DNA of 64,000 nt, from NCBI GenBank assembly GCA_902775135.1, contig CACYKY010000007.1, positions 56,751 to 120,750 of the forward strand, read 5' to 3'. This document shows positions 19,152-28,544 of this stretch, piece by piece. The notes below the pieces were generated by a model. The model was not told where the DNA came from. It searched no databases and saw only the letters and a list, made by a program, of their open reading frames with translations. This DNA is from an uncultured Bacteroidota bacterium. Its GTDB lineage: Bacteria > Bacteroidota > Bacteroidia > Bacteroidales > P3. The position numbers and the translations under genes are program-made. Numbering within the stretch: position 1 is the first letter of the stretch; each line of letters opens with the position of its first letter.

Positions 19152-20110
19152 TGAAGATTTCCCACCCTTTTCTGCGCCTCTTTTCCCTGGCATTTGCGGC
19201 GGCAGCCGGATGGCTTGTCGTTTGGAGTTTCCCCTTAATAATGAAAACGGAGGATATCGCCTCCAAAATCATCGCCATGGTGGTTATTGTGGGCTTGTTT
19301 GGCTTCTTTGCCCTCTACTTGCTTGCATGGGCATTCTTCTACGACCGTATGGAGAACCGAGAACGGCAGCGCAAAGCGGATTCTGAACGCAAAGAACGTC
19401 GCAAACCGGCCAAGGAGAAACTGGCCGAAGCCAAGAAAGAACAACGCTCAGAGCGAAACGCCAACTATATTCTGGGAGCCGTTGCTGTCGCAACTGCCAT
19501 CTATTTTCTGACAAAAAATGAATGGCTTATGGCGGGACTCATGGCCGTCGTAGCAGTATACCTGTTCTACAAGGCCGTTCGCAACATCGAACCCGCCAAA
19601 ATAAAGCAGAAAAGGGAAGAAGCCACACGCAGGCAGGAAGTGGAAAACCTGATGGAAACCGCAAAGGACGACGGCGCCGTGGTCATCGTCGAGAACGTGG
19701 ACAGCCTAACCGCCATCGAAGATGCAATAGAAACCTTCGGCGACGAATACCTTGGACGCAAGAACGGACGCAACACCGTACGACTGTGGCAACTGGAGCG
19801 CGAGAAATATGCCCTCACCTTCCCTCTCGGCTACCAGCCCGAAGCACCGTTCTCGCTGATGTGGGAACTGGATGGATGGGGCCTGCAACCCCGGGGGTGG
19901 TTCCCTTCACACAGAATGAAGACACAAGGCGAATGGACCATGCTGACAGTGGCAGAGAGTGGCGCTACCCATGCGGTAACCGACAACGGATGCTGCTACG
20001 AGGATGAATGCAATTTCCACCTGCGAATCTGTCCGAAGTTGCACCTTGCCTATCAACCACGCCCCAACATCATGAACGACTCCCCCAAAAAACTCGAAGA
20101 CTTCACCTAA
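19151..20110 (+). CDS. hypothetical membrane protein
   Basis: ATG overlaps the upstream TAA (TAATG). Predicted TM helices (AMVVIVGLFGFFALYLLAWAFF, ILGAVAVATAIYF, LMAGLMAVVAVYLF) and a KE-rich loop. An alternative internal start is possible. Confidence 0.6.
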   Translation: MKISHPFLRLFSLAFAAAAGWLVVWSFPLIMKTEDIASKIIAMVVIVGLFGFFALYLLAWAFFYDRMENRERQRKADSERKERRKPAKEKLAEAKKEQRSERNANYILGAVAVATAIYFLTKNEWLMAGLMAVVAVYLFYKAVRNIEPAKIKQKREEATRRQEVENLMETAKDDGAVVIVENVDSLTAIEDAIETFGDEYLGRKNGRNTVRLWQLEREKYALTFPLGYQPEAPFSLMWELDGWGLQPRGWFPSHRMKTQGEWTMLTVAESGATHAVTDNGCCYEDECNFHLRICPKLHLAYQPRPNIMNDSPKKLEDFT

Positions 20111-20132
20111 AAAACAAAACCTATGAGGCAGA

Positions 20133-20167
20133 TTTCAATTTTTAATTTTCAATTTTCAATTTTCAAT
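20133..20167. repeat. heptamer tandem array TTTCAAT (5 units)
   Basis: Preceded by GAGGCAGA (20125-20132). The last unit supplies the A and T of ATG 20166. Confidence 0.95.
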
Positions 20168-20525
20168 GGAGAGATTCAGTATCGACACCGCACCGCAATA
20201 TAATCGTCACTATGACGAGGACTCCTTCTGGAAGAAGCTGAAACATCTGGCTTCCAACGTAGGTTCCAAGGTGCTCTACCCTGCCCTGCAGCTCTATTAC
20301 CTACTGCAGGCAAAGAATGTGCCCGTGAAAGCCAAAACCCTCATCGTCGGCGCTTTGGGCTATCTCATCCTTCCCGTCGATATGGTGCCCGATTTCATTC
20401 CGGCACTCGGCTTCACCGATGACCTCTCCGCCCTCATGGTCGCCTTGAGAACCCTCAACAAATATCTCACCCCCGAAATCAACCAGAAAGCCAAAGAACA
20501 AACCAACAATATCCTCAAACAATGA
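20166..20525 (+). CDS. DUF1232 (YkvA-like) membrane protein
   Basis: 119 aa. LGYLILPVDMVPDFIPALGFTDDL is the DUF1232 core. Confidence 0.8.
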   Translation: MERFSIDTAPQYNRHYDEDSFWKKLKHLASNVGSKVLYPALQLYYLLQAKNVPVKAKTLIVGALGYLILPVDMVPDFIPALGFTDDLSALMVALRTLNKYLTPEINQKAKEQTNNILKQ

Positions 20526-21223
20526 AGAAAATCCTCATCCTCATAGCCTTCCTGCCACTCATAGGCCTGGCGCAAAGCCCCCTGCTCGACTCCACCCAGA
20601 TGCCCAACGCCGTCTTCTTCCTGCCCCCGCCACCCGACACTGCCAGCGCCGCTTTCCAATACGACCGCGCCCAATACCGTTGGGGTATGGAGCAACGCAA
20701 CAACCCTGTGCGGCTGGCCATTGCCGTCAACGACGCCATCTGGAGCATCGACAACATCTGCAAGATCTATAGCGTAGTCCTCGGCATCGAGATCTCGGCG
20801 CAGAATACCCCCGCCATCTACCGCATGCTCACCCTCGGCCTCCTCACCACCGACCAGGCCGGCAAGCTGCCCAAGAACCACTACATGCGCACCCGCCCCT
20901 ATGTCTTCTTCAACGAACCCACCATCTACCCCAACGACGAAGCCTGGCTCCGCACCAACGGGTCCTACCCTTCCGGCCACACCATCCTCGGCTGGAGTGC
21001 CGCCCTGCTCCTCACCGAGTTGGCACCCGACATGGCCGACACCATCCTTGCCCGTGGCTATATCTACGGGCAGAGCCGCGTCATTGCAGGCTACCATTGG
21101 CAGAGCGATGTCGACGCCGCCCGACTGGTGGCCAGTGCCGCTGTGGCTCGCCTCCATGCCGACAAGCGTTTCCTCAAGCTCATGAAGAAAGCCCGCAGAG
21201 AATACAAGAGATTGACCAAATGA
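20522..21223 (+). CDS. class A non-specific acid phosphatase (PAP2 superfamily)
   Basis: Signal peptide. Motifs KNHYMRTRPY, PSGH and SRVIAGYHWQSDV. ATGA overlap with the upstream gene. Confidence 0.85.
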   Translation: MKKILILIAFLPLIGLAQSPLLDSTQMPNAVFFLPPPPDTASAAFQYDRAQYRWGMEQRNNPVRLAIAVNDAIWSIDNICKIYSVVLGIEISAQNTPAIYRMLTLGLLTTDQAGKLPKNHYMRTRPYVFFNEPTIYPNDEAWLRTNGSYPSGHTILGWSAALLLTELAPDMADTILARGYIYGQSRVIAGYHWQSDVDAARLVASAAVARLHADKRFLKLMKKARREYKRLTK

Positions 21224-21786
21224 TAACTAGCCGGAAAGAATATAGACAATACGTCAAAGCCGACGTGTCAGCTTACGGGTTGGAGCATGTGAGTTTTTAC
21301 AACTGGCTGCGTATTGACCAGCTGCGCTTCCAACTGAGGCTGCGGCGACTAGAGTACCTTGCCAACTGCCACCCCTGGCGCATAGTCTCGCGGGCAGTAT
21401 TGGAAGTGACGAACCACAGGTTGGCTCTCAAATTGGGAATCACCATCCCCAAGAACGTCTTCGGCCCGGGGCTCTGCCTCGTGCACCGTGGCACCGTGGT
21501 CGTCAGTCCTCTGGCCAAGGTGGGCGCCAACTGCCGCATCCACCCCTCATCCTCCATCGGCGACTACAACGGCGCCCCCACCCTGGGCAACAACGTCTAT
21601 ATCGGCCCTGGAGCCAAACTCTTTGGCCCCATTGTCATCGGCAACAACGTAGCCATAGGCGCCAATGCCGTTGTCAACAATTCTTTTCCCGACAACTGCA
21701 CCATCGGCGGCATCCCCGCCCACATCCTCTCCCGCAAAGGGGCTGTCGAACAAGGTGTATTTCCCAACACAACAACAAATGGCTGA
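21220..21786 (+). CDS. serine O-acetyltransferase-like hexapeptide-repeat acyltransferase
   Basis: Start at MITSRKEYRQYV (ATGA overlap). Left-handed beta-helix repeats (IGDYNGAPTLGNNVYIGPGAKLFGPIVIGNNVAIGANAVV). Confidence 0.75.
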   Translation: MITSRKEYRQYVKADVSAYGLEHVSFYNWLRIDQLRFQLRLRRLEYLANCHPWRIVSRAVLEVTNHRLALKLGITIPKNVFGPGLCLVHRGTVVVSPLAKVGANCRIHPSSSIGDYNGAPTLGNNVYIGPGAKLFGPIVIGNNVAIGANAVVNNSFPDNCTIGGIPAHILSRKGAVEQGVFPNTTTNG

Positions 21787-23602
21787 CGCACTCCTCACCA
21801 TAGAAAATCTCACCAAGAGCTTCGGCGACAAGATGCTCTTCGAAGACATCTCTTTCGGTATCAACGCCGGACAGAAGTCCGCACTCATCGCCCGCAACGG
21901 ATACGGCAAATCGACCTTGCTCAACATCATCATCACAGCCACCGGCCAGCCCGGTTACAACACCCTCCAGGATTCCGGCAAAATCACCTTCCGCAGCGAC
22001 CTCCGTCTCGCCTACCTCCCGCAAAGCCCCGAAGCCTATCCCAAACAGCTGGTGCGCGACTTCGTCTACAATATCCAGCGCCCCGAAACCGAAGATCCCT
22101 GGACATTCGAACAGCGCATCGAGGAGATTCTCAGCCGCATGCGCGTCGACACCCTCCTCGACCGACAGATGGAAACCCTCAGCGGTGGCGAGCAGAAGAA
22201 GGTGGCATTGTGCAAATTGCTCATGGACGACTGCAACCTGCTCATCCTTGATGAACCCACCAACCATCTGGACATAGACATGATCGAGTGGCTCGAGGAG
22301 TTCCTTTCGCGCCAGCGGCTCGCCCTCCTCATGGTCACCCACGACCGCTACTTCCTCGACAACGTCTGCGACAACATCTATGAGCTCGACAACTCGCGTC
22401 TCTATCACTATAAAGGCCACTATGACTATTATCTGGAGAAAAAGGCAGAGCGCGAGGCCAACGAGCGTGCCGAGGTCGAGAAAGCCCGCAGCCTCTACCG
22501 CACCGAGCTGGAGTGGATGCGACGCATGCCGCAGGCTCGCGGCACCAAGGCGCAGGCCCGCATCGACGCTTTCTATGAACTCGAGGCCAAAGCCCACACC
22601 CGTTTCGACGACTCCCGTCCCCAGCTCACCGTCAAAACCGAGCGTATCGGAGGCAAGATTCTGGAACTATACAACATCTGCTACCGCGACCTCATCGACG
22701 ACTACAGCTACGTCTTCAAGCGTGGCGAAAAGATAGGCATCGTCGGACCTAACGGCGTGGGCAAAAGTACCTTCCTGAACCTCATTACAGAAAAACTCAA
22801 ACCCACTTCGGGACGCGTGGTGGTGGGTCAGACCATCCAGTTCGGCTACTACACCCAGGCGGGCATGAAGGCCCCCGACGACCGCCGTGTCATCGACCTC
22901 GTGAAAGATATCGCCGAAGAGATAGAGCTCGACAACGGCAAGAGTATGTCTGCCCACCAGTTCCTGACCTACTTCGGATTCGACGGCACCACGCAGTACA
23001 ACTACTTCGGTAACCTCAGCGGCGGCGAGCGACGGCGACTCTATCTGCTGCAGGTCCTCATGGCCAACCCCAACTTCCTCATCCTCGACGAGCCCACCAA
23101 CGACCTCGATATCTACACCCTCCAGATCCTGGAGCAGTTCCTACAATCCTATAAAGGCTGCCTCGTTATCGTCTCCCACGACCGCTCCTTCATGGACCAC
23201 ATCGTCGACCATCTCCTGGTCTTCGAGGGCGACGGACAGATCCGCGACTACCACAGCAACTACACCGACTACCGCCAGGAGCGCCAGCGTCGCGACCGCG
23301 AAAAGAAAAAAGAGAGGGAGTCGCCGAGTGGCAAAGTGGCTGAGTCGCCGAGTGGCAAAGTGGCCAAGTCACTCAGCAACAAACGCAAAGCCACCTACAA
23401 GGAACAAAAAGAATACGAGGCCCTCACCGCCGAAATCGACACCCTCGCCGCCGAGCGTGCCGACCTCGAACGCCAGCTCTCCGACGGTTCCCTCTCCGAC
23501 CCCGACGCCCTCACCCTTGCCTCCACTCGCATCGGCGAAATCATCGCCCTCCTCGACGAGAAAGAACTCCGCTGGCTCGAACTCGACGAAATCGTCAATT
23601 GA
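21779..23602 (+). CDS. ABC-F family ATPase (two ABC domains, C-terminal coiled coil)
   Basis: Start at MADALLTIENLTKSFG. Two Walker A sites (ARNGYGKST, GPNGVGKST) and two LSGGE signatures. Confidence 0.9.
   Translation: MADALLTIENLTKSFGDKMLFEDISFGINAGQKSALIARNGYGKSTLLNIIITATGQPGYNTLQDSGKITFRSDLRLAYLPQSPEAYPKQLVRDFVYNIQRPETEDPWTFEQRIEEILSRMRVDTLLDRQMETLSGGEQKKVALCKLLMDDCNLLILDEPTNHLDIDMIEWLEEFLSRQRLALLMVTHDRYFLDNVCDNIYELDNSRLYHYKGHYDYYLEKKAEREANERAEVEKARSLYRTELEWMRRMPQARGTKAQARIDAFYELEAKAHTRFDDSRPQLTVKTERIGGKILELYNICYRDLIDDYSYVFKRGEKIGIVGPNGVGKSTFLNLITEKLKPTSGRVVVGQTIQFGYYTQAGMKAPDDRRVIDLVKDIAEEIELDNGKSMSAHQFLTYFGFDGTTQYNYFGNLSGGERRRLYLLQVLMANPNFLILDEPTNDLDIYTLQILEQFLQSYKGCLVIVSHDRSFMDHIVDHLLVFEGDGQIRDYHSNYTDYRQERQRRDREKKKERESPSGKVAESPSGKVAKSLSNKRKATYKEQKEYEALTAEIDTLAAERADLERQLSDGSLSDPDALTLASTRIGEIIALLDEKELRWLELDEIVN
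23318..23365 (+). repeat. in-frame 24-bp tandem duplication inside the ABC-F gene
   Basis: GAGTCGCCGAGTGGCAAAGTGGCT / ...GCC encodes ESPSGKVA twice. Confidence 0.9.
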
Positions 23603-23616
23603 AAATTGAAATCTTA

Positions 23617-24957
23617 CTAGAAGTTGTATTTCACCAGGAGACAAAATCTGTGGCCCAGGACCTGCCGGAGGTTGTCGTCGTTATGCACCATGCCGTCCGA
23701 GGGGTCGAGGTTGCCATAGGCGACGCCGGTGAGTTCGTATTCGAGACCGATATTGAAAGCCTTGGTATTGTAGCTGACGGAGGGGGCAAGGCGGTAGATA
23801 CTATTGATATTGTTGACGCCTTTTTTCATATATAGTTCCGGGACGATACCCATGATGGAATAGTCCTTGTCGGCAAGGCCAAGATTCTTCTGATAGCCGA
23901 GGAAAAGATTGACGCGCCACTGGTCGCCATAGGAGAGGTTGAGATAGGAGACGAGGGATTGCATGGGGACATAGGCCCGATTGCCGCCGGCATTGGCGGC
24001 CCACGCGTAGCCGCTGAGCATGTTGAGGTGGCCAAGGTTCTGCGCCAGCGTGCTGCGGAATTTGAGCATGAAAGGTATGCTGAGGGGTGAATACTGGAAA
24101 TAGACGGTAGGGGAAAAGGAGTGGCAACGGCCCTTGTCCAGACGGTTGTAGAGGGTGGCGCCAGAGAAGTAGTCGACGACAGGGATTTCGCGACGGATGA
24201 GCAGGTTGGTGTAGTCGATGCCCAACTGGGCATAGAGCTCAGGCGAACGGTAGTGAAGACCGAAGAAAAGCTCCGGCACGAGAGAGCGGTGGGCATAGGA
24301 GGCACTTTCGCCGTCGGGGCCGGGCGACGTGAATTGATACTGCCACAGGGCGGCGGCGCAGAAACCGAAGCCGTCGGGACTGTAGGTGTAGCGCACCTGG
24401 GGCGTGCGGCTGTGGGGGCGGAAGGGGGCTCCGGCAGCCATGCCGAGCACGTTGGGCATGATGCTGCCGCTGAGGGGATGCCAGTCCTGGCCGAGGAGGA
24501 GCTCGTGCTGGCCAAAGGAGTTCTTGCGTCGGAGAGTGACATAAGCCAGGCGCAGGCGCAGCACGGTGTTGCTGGTGCCGAAGCCCGCGAAGTCGCCCTC
24601 CACCTTGCCACTGAGGTCGAAGCCCATGAAGTGGGCACCCTCGAGGGCGAGGCCGAAACGGGTGCTGAGAGCCAGGAAGTGGGCCTCGGGGACGGCATTG
24701 CGGTCGAAGCGCTCGTCGGCGGCATTGTGAGTCTGGACCTCGGCCTCGGTCATATTCCAATCCTCGTCGTAGGGGATCATGAGATACTCGCCTCCGCAGA
24801 CGGTCATCATGCGGCGGGAGTCGACATTGAGGTAGTTGCGGACAAAGCCGTAGGGTTTGATACTTACTTTCACGGCCTTGCGCACGATGGCGGTGTCTTG
24901 TGCCGATGCTGCACAGGAGGCAAGAAGGACAGTTGCAAGTAGTAGAATCTTCTTCAT
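23617..24957 (-). CDS. outer-membrane porin-like beta-barrel protein
   Basis: 446 aa. Signal peptide MKKILLLATVLLASCAASAQ, beta-strand periodicity, C-terminal ...LLVKYNF. Confidence 0.7.
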   Translation of the reverse strand: MKKILLLATVLLASCAASAQDTAIVRKAVKVSIKPYGFVRNYLNVDSRRMMTVCGGEYLMIPYDEDWNMTEAEVQTHNAADERFDRNAVPEAHFLALSTRFGLALEGAHFMGFDLSGKVEGDFAGFGTSNTVLRLRLAYVTLRRKNSFGQHELLLGQDWHPLSGSIMPNVLGMAAGAPFRPHSRTPQVRYTYSPDGFGFCAAALWQYQFTSPGPDGESASYAHRSLVPELFFGLHYRSPELYAQLGIDYTNLLIRREIPVVDYFSGATLYNRLDKGRCHSFSPTVYFQYSPLSIPFMLKFRSTLAQNLGHLNMLSGYAWAANAGGNRAYVPMQSLVSYLNLSYGDQWRVNLFLGYQKNLGLADKDYSIMGIVPELYMKKGVNNINSIYRLAPSVSYNTKAFNIGLEYELTGVAYGNLDPSDGMVHNDDNLRQVLGHRFCLLVKYNF

Positions 24958-24970
24958 AGTGATATAGGGG

Positions 24971-27196
24971 TTATTTTATAACAATTTCATCGGTAAAAAT
25001 CCACGCCTTCTGACCGGCAGCGCGGTGCCAAGAGGGTATCTCGGGCAGCGGCTCAGCGACGACACGGACATAGCGAGTGGTGTACGGTTTGGAGAACCGA
25101 CATTCAAATCCATAGATATGAGGTGTAGCCAAAACCTCCGGATTCTTAGGCCAATCCTCACTTTCCCTACTCCAGTTAATACCATCGCTGGAGACATGGA
25201 CGGCGATTTTCTGTGGCCGGAAAATCCACGACAGGGGATAGAAATAGAAGTCGATGCTGACGCTGTTGATTTCGGTCGGATTACCGAGGTCGATGACGGC
25301 ATCGAGAGTGTCGCCCCAGAAGCCGAGCCAGTCGTGGCGGTAGTCAAGGATGCCACCTTGGCCGTCTGTGAGGTTGGTTGTGTTATAGGGCGCGGTGGCG
25401 GCTTTGCGGAGAATGACATTCCTGTGACGAGCTTTATTCTCTCCGAAGCGCTTGTGGATGTTATCGATCCAACGTGAGATACATGTCTCGGGAGTAACGC
25501 CCATCTCCATCATCCGCAGGATGCCCAGTTCGTATGTACTCATACCCATTATTTCCAAGCGGTCAATGACATTCCGTTCCAGCCAGTTCGGGTCTGTGGA
25601 CAGGCTATCAAGATTGAAGTAGCCACAGAGGTCGCGGCTGACAGCGAGTTCGTTTCGTGCATACTCTAACGCAGTGGCGAAAAGCCAGACAGCGGTATCG
25701 GGTGCTTCAAAACAGCCGACTTGATGCTCAGGCGCATGCTTCCACGCCAGGTCCATCAGGCTGTCATACTGGTGGAAACGTTCAACAGAGAGGTATCCTT
25801 CGGCAGCATCGATGGGGTATCCATAGATATCAAGGCGTTGGCCGCTCTGGATGAGCGCCGAGGTCATGGTGTCGATAATCTCCTTGATAAAAGGGCCTGC
25901 TCCTTTGTAGTAGCCATGATAGAAATCAGCCATGATGGAGTCGATGTCGGCGTCGGGATTCCAAAGGAGCTTGGCAATCATATAGCAGCGGATATCCATC
26001 CAGGAGGTGATGTTGTTGGCACCGCTAGCCTGTTCAAACATCATGCGCACGCCATTGTCGCGGAAATACTGCAGGTTGGGCTGCAGCACATGGAGGTTCG
26101 GGAAGGGGTCCCAAAAGTTGCGGAACTGGACGACATAGTCCCAGACAAAAAGATTGTCTGTCAAACGGCTCCAGTCTTCCATATCCTTGCGGAACGAGGG
26201 GTCCGTCTGGTAGATGGGGGCTTGGCGGCCCGCTTCGATGGGGCAGAGCATGATGAGGACGTTGTCTTCGGGCCTGATGTCGCTGGTCGGGGCTTTTCGG
26301 GTGTACTGATATGCCAGTGTGGCGATAGTCTTGTCGGGGAAGCGTTGCGCCACACGGTTGACGAACCAGAGCAGAGTGCCACTCTGTCCGCCGTAAACGG
26401 AATCCATCCGCTTGCAGTTGTCGCATTCGCAGGCGTTATAGTTGTCGTTGGGCGAGACCGACCATATCTGCTTTTGCGGAGCGGACTCAATCGTGTCCGA
26501 CAGACGCTCACACACCATTTCCAACACCTCGGGGTTGGAGAGGCACAGCTGCCCGTCATGAGAGCGGCGTCCATTGTTCAAAGAGAACCACTCGGGATGA
26601 TCGTTGAAATAACGGCCAGGCGGCAACAATCGCTGAAATGTGTGTACAAACATCCCCCATTCGCGATTGCGGTCAGCCTGCGTGTGCAGGTGGTGCCAGT
26701 CGGCATAGAGCCGGCTGTGGTTGGGATAATAATAGGATACTTCGCGATAGGCGAAAGCGGGATTGCTGACCTCATGGCATACGGGTACTTTGAGGCCGTA
26801 GATGTCGGGAATTGCCATCGACGATGGCGTATAAAGGCGATAGCCAATCTTCTCCAGCCAGGCATAGACCGCATATAGGGTCCCCTTCTCCCCCGCCCCA
26901 TACAGGCAGAGGTTGCGTCCGTCGCCACAGATGAGATAGCCGTCATCCCGAAGGCTGTCGACATATGTGGCAAAATGCTTGCGAAGATACTTGGTGTCGC
27001 CTATATAGACGGTGCCTTCCTTCTGGGCCATGGTGTCGGTGTTCAGCTCTCCTTTGTAGAGGAACTCTCGCAACTGTTCGGCAGCATAGTGCTCGACAGC
27101 GGTAGCGTTTTTGTCAACAACGACATGATGCACTTTGGACTGTGCCGAAGCCGACACAGTCCAAAGCATCATCAATATGATTGGAACTATTCTCAA
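24971..27196 (-). CDS. DUF4838 glycoside-hydrolase-like protein with C-terminal F5/8 type C (discoidin) domain
   Basis: The track ORF extends into the upstream gene. TTG at 27196 gives a good signal peptide (MRIVPIILMMLWTVSASAQS) and overlaps the upstream TGA (TTGA). ATG 27172 is an alternative start. Confidence 0.7.
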   Translation of the reverse strand: MRIVPIILMMLWTVSASAQSKVHHVVVDKNATAVEHYAAEQLREFLYKGELNTDTMAQKEGTVYIGDTKYLRKHFATYVDSLRDDGYLICGDGRNLCLYGAGEKGTLYAVYAWLEKIGYRLYTPSSMAIPDIYGLKVPVCHEVSNPAFAYREVSYYYPNHSRLYADWHHLHTQADRNREWGMFVHTFQRLLPPGRYFNDHPEWFSLNNGRRSHDGQLCLSNPEVLEMVCERLSDTIESAPQKQIWSVSPNDNYNACECDNCKRMDSVYGGQSGTLLWFVNRVAQRFPDKTIATLAYQYTRKAPTSDIRPEDNVLIMLCPIEAGRQAPIYQTDPSFRKDMEDWSRLTDNLFVWDYVVQFRNFWDPFPNLHVLQPNLQYFRDNGVRMMFEQASGANNITSWMDIRCYMIAKLLWNPDADIDSIMADFYHGYYKGAGPFIKEIIDTMTSALIQSGQRLDIYGYPIDAAEGYLSVERFHQYDSLMDLAWKHAPEHQVGCFEAPDTAVWLFATALEYARNELAVSRDLCGYFNLDSLSTDPNWLERNVIDRLEIMGMSTYELGILRMMEMGVTPETCISRWIDNIHKRFGENKARHRNVILRKAATAPYNTTNLTDGQGGILDYRHDWLGFWGDTLDAVIDLGNPTEINSVSIDFYFYPLSWIFRPQKIAVHVSSDGINWSRESEDWPKNPEVLATPHIYGFECRFSKPYTTRYVRVVAEPLPEIPSWHRAAGQKAWIFTDEIVIK

Positions 27197-28386
27197 GCTA
27201 ACAAAACCAACAGCTGAGCGGTGAAAATACGGAGGAACATGGTGAGGGGGTAAACGGTGGCATAGCCCACATTGGGCAGTTTGCAGCCGTCGGGGGCCAT
27301 GTTGTTGGCAAAGGCCAGGGTCGGCGGGTCGGTGTGGCTGCCACCGATGAAGCCCATGAGGGTATAGTAGTTCATCTTCAGCACCAATCGACCGAAAAGG
27401 CCCACCACCATGGGAGGCACCATGGTGATGATGATGCCGTAGAGGACCCACATGTAGCCGCCAGCCTGTATGGTGGCCAGGAAGCTGCCTCCAGCACTCA
27501 GTCCCACTCCTGCCAGGAAGAGGGCTATGCCCACTTCACGAAGCATCCACACACCATGGCTCTCTGTGAATTCGGTGGAGATCCACCCTTTCTTCACACT
27601 CAGCCAAGTGCCGATGAGGCTCACCACCAGCGGGCCGCCGGCCAGACCCAGTTTGACGGGGGCTGACATGCCGACGGGGATGGGAATGGAGCCCACAATG
27701 ATGCCGATGGCAATGATGACAAAGATGGGGACAAGGTTCACTTTGTGGCGCTGCGATGCCGGAGTGGCTTTCTTTTCAGCCGCTGCCATCGTTGTATCGT
27801 CGGTAACGGGCTCTTTTTTCATGTCGATGCGGCACAGCGGACGCAACAAAAGACAGCACACTATCATACCCACCACAGCCAACGGATAGGCCACAGCATA
27901 GCCTGCAGCCAACTGGTCGGCAGCGTCAGCTATCCCCAGGTCGCGCACGGTCTGTTGGGCGGCCGAGAGACCAGGGGTATTGGTGACGGCACCGGTATAG
28001 ACTCCCGCCATATCGGTGAGGCTCTGGTCGGCCACCTTGGCAATGATATAGGTGATCAGTACACCAAGGGCCACGTTGACAAGGGCCATGCCGTTCATGG
28101 CCAGGCCTCCTTTTTTGAAACTCTTGAAGAATCCCGGACCCACCTGCAGGCCTACGGCTGTGACAAAGAGTATCAGACCGAATTCTTTGATAATATGGAG
28201 CATCTCGCCGTTGCACTGCACTCCGAGGGCACTGATAAGGATGCCCACAAAGAGCACCCATGTGATACCCAGCGTCACTCCCTTGATTTTGAACTTGCCC
28301 AACAGCAAGCCAGCAAAGATAGATACGGAGAGCATCAGCACCGTTGTGCCGACTCCTCCATTAGTCAGTAAGTTAGTAAACCACAT
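27193..28386 (-). CDS. YidE/YbjL (AAE family) putative transporter, short form without central RCK_C domains
   Basis: 397 aa. N-terminal repeat (GVTLGITWVLFVGILISALG...LFVTAVGLQVGPGFF) and C-terminal repeat (REVGIALFLAGVGLSAGGSF) joined by a ~25-aa linker. Confidence 0.75.
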   Translation of the reverse strand: MWFTNLLTNGGVGTTVLMLSVSIFAGLLLGKFKIKGVTLGITWVLFVGILISALGVQCNGEMLHIIKEFGLILFVTAVGLQVGPGFFKSFKKGGLAMNGMALVNVALGVLITYIIAKVADQSLTDMAGVYTGAVTNTPGLSAAQQTVRDLGIADAADQLAAGYAVAYPLAVVGMIVCCLLLRPLCRIDMKKEPVTDDTTMAAAEKKATPASQRHKVNLVPIFVIIAIGIIVGSIPIPVGMSAPVKLGLAGGPLVVSLIGTWLSVKKGWISTEFTESHGVWMLREVGIALFLAGVGLSAGGSFLATIQAGGYMWVLYGIIITMVPPMVVGLFGRLVLKMNYYTLMGFIGGSHTDPPTLAFANNMAPDGCKLPNVGYATVYPLTMFLRIFTAQLLVLLA

Positions 28387-28387
28387 A

Positions 28388-28425
28388 GTTGAAATTGAAA
28401 ATTGAAAATTGAGAATTGAAAATTG
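28388..28425. repeat. heptamer tandem array AATTGAA-type (5 units) directly upstream of the YidE-like start
   Basis: Read directly. On the minus (coding) strand it reads TTCAATT. Confidence 0.9.
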
Positions 28426-28466
28426 TTTCTTTAACTAATTTATAAGATGAAAATTCTTTAAAACAT

Positions 28467-28541
28467 AATTGAAAATTGAAAATTGAACTGCGCATTGCTG
28501 CGTCAGCCAATTTTCAATTTTCAATTTTTAATTTTCAATTC
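28467..28541. repeat. inverted pair of heptamer arrays (AATTGAA x3, then TTTCAAT x4) that can fold into a long A/T hairpin
   Basis: 28467-28487 is complementary to ~28509-28529, with a loop of ~21 nt (CTGCGCATTGCTGCGTCAGCC). Lies immediately downstream of the argF stop on the minus strand. Confidence 0.8.
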
Positions 28542-28544
28542 TGC

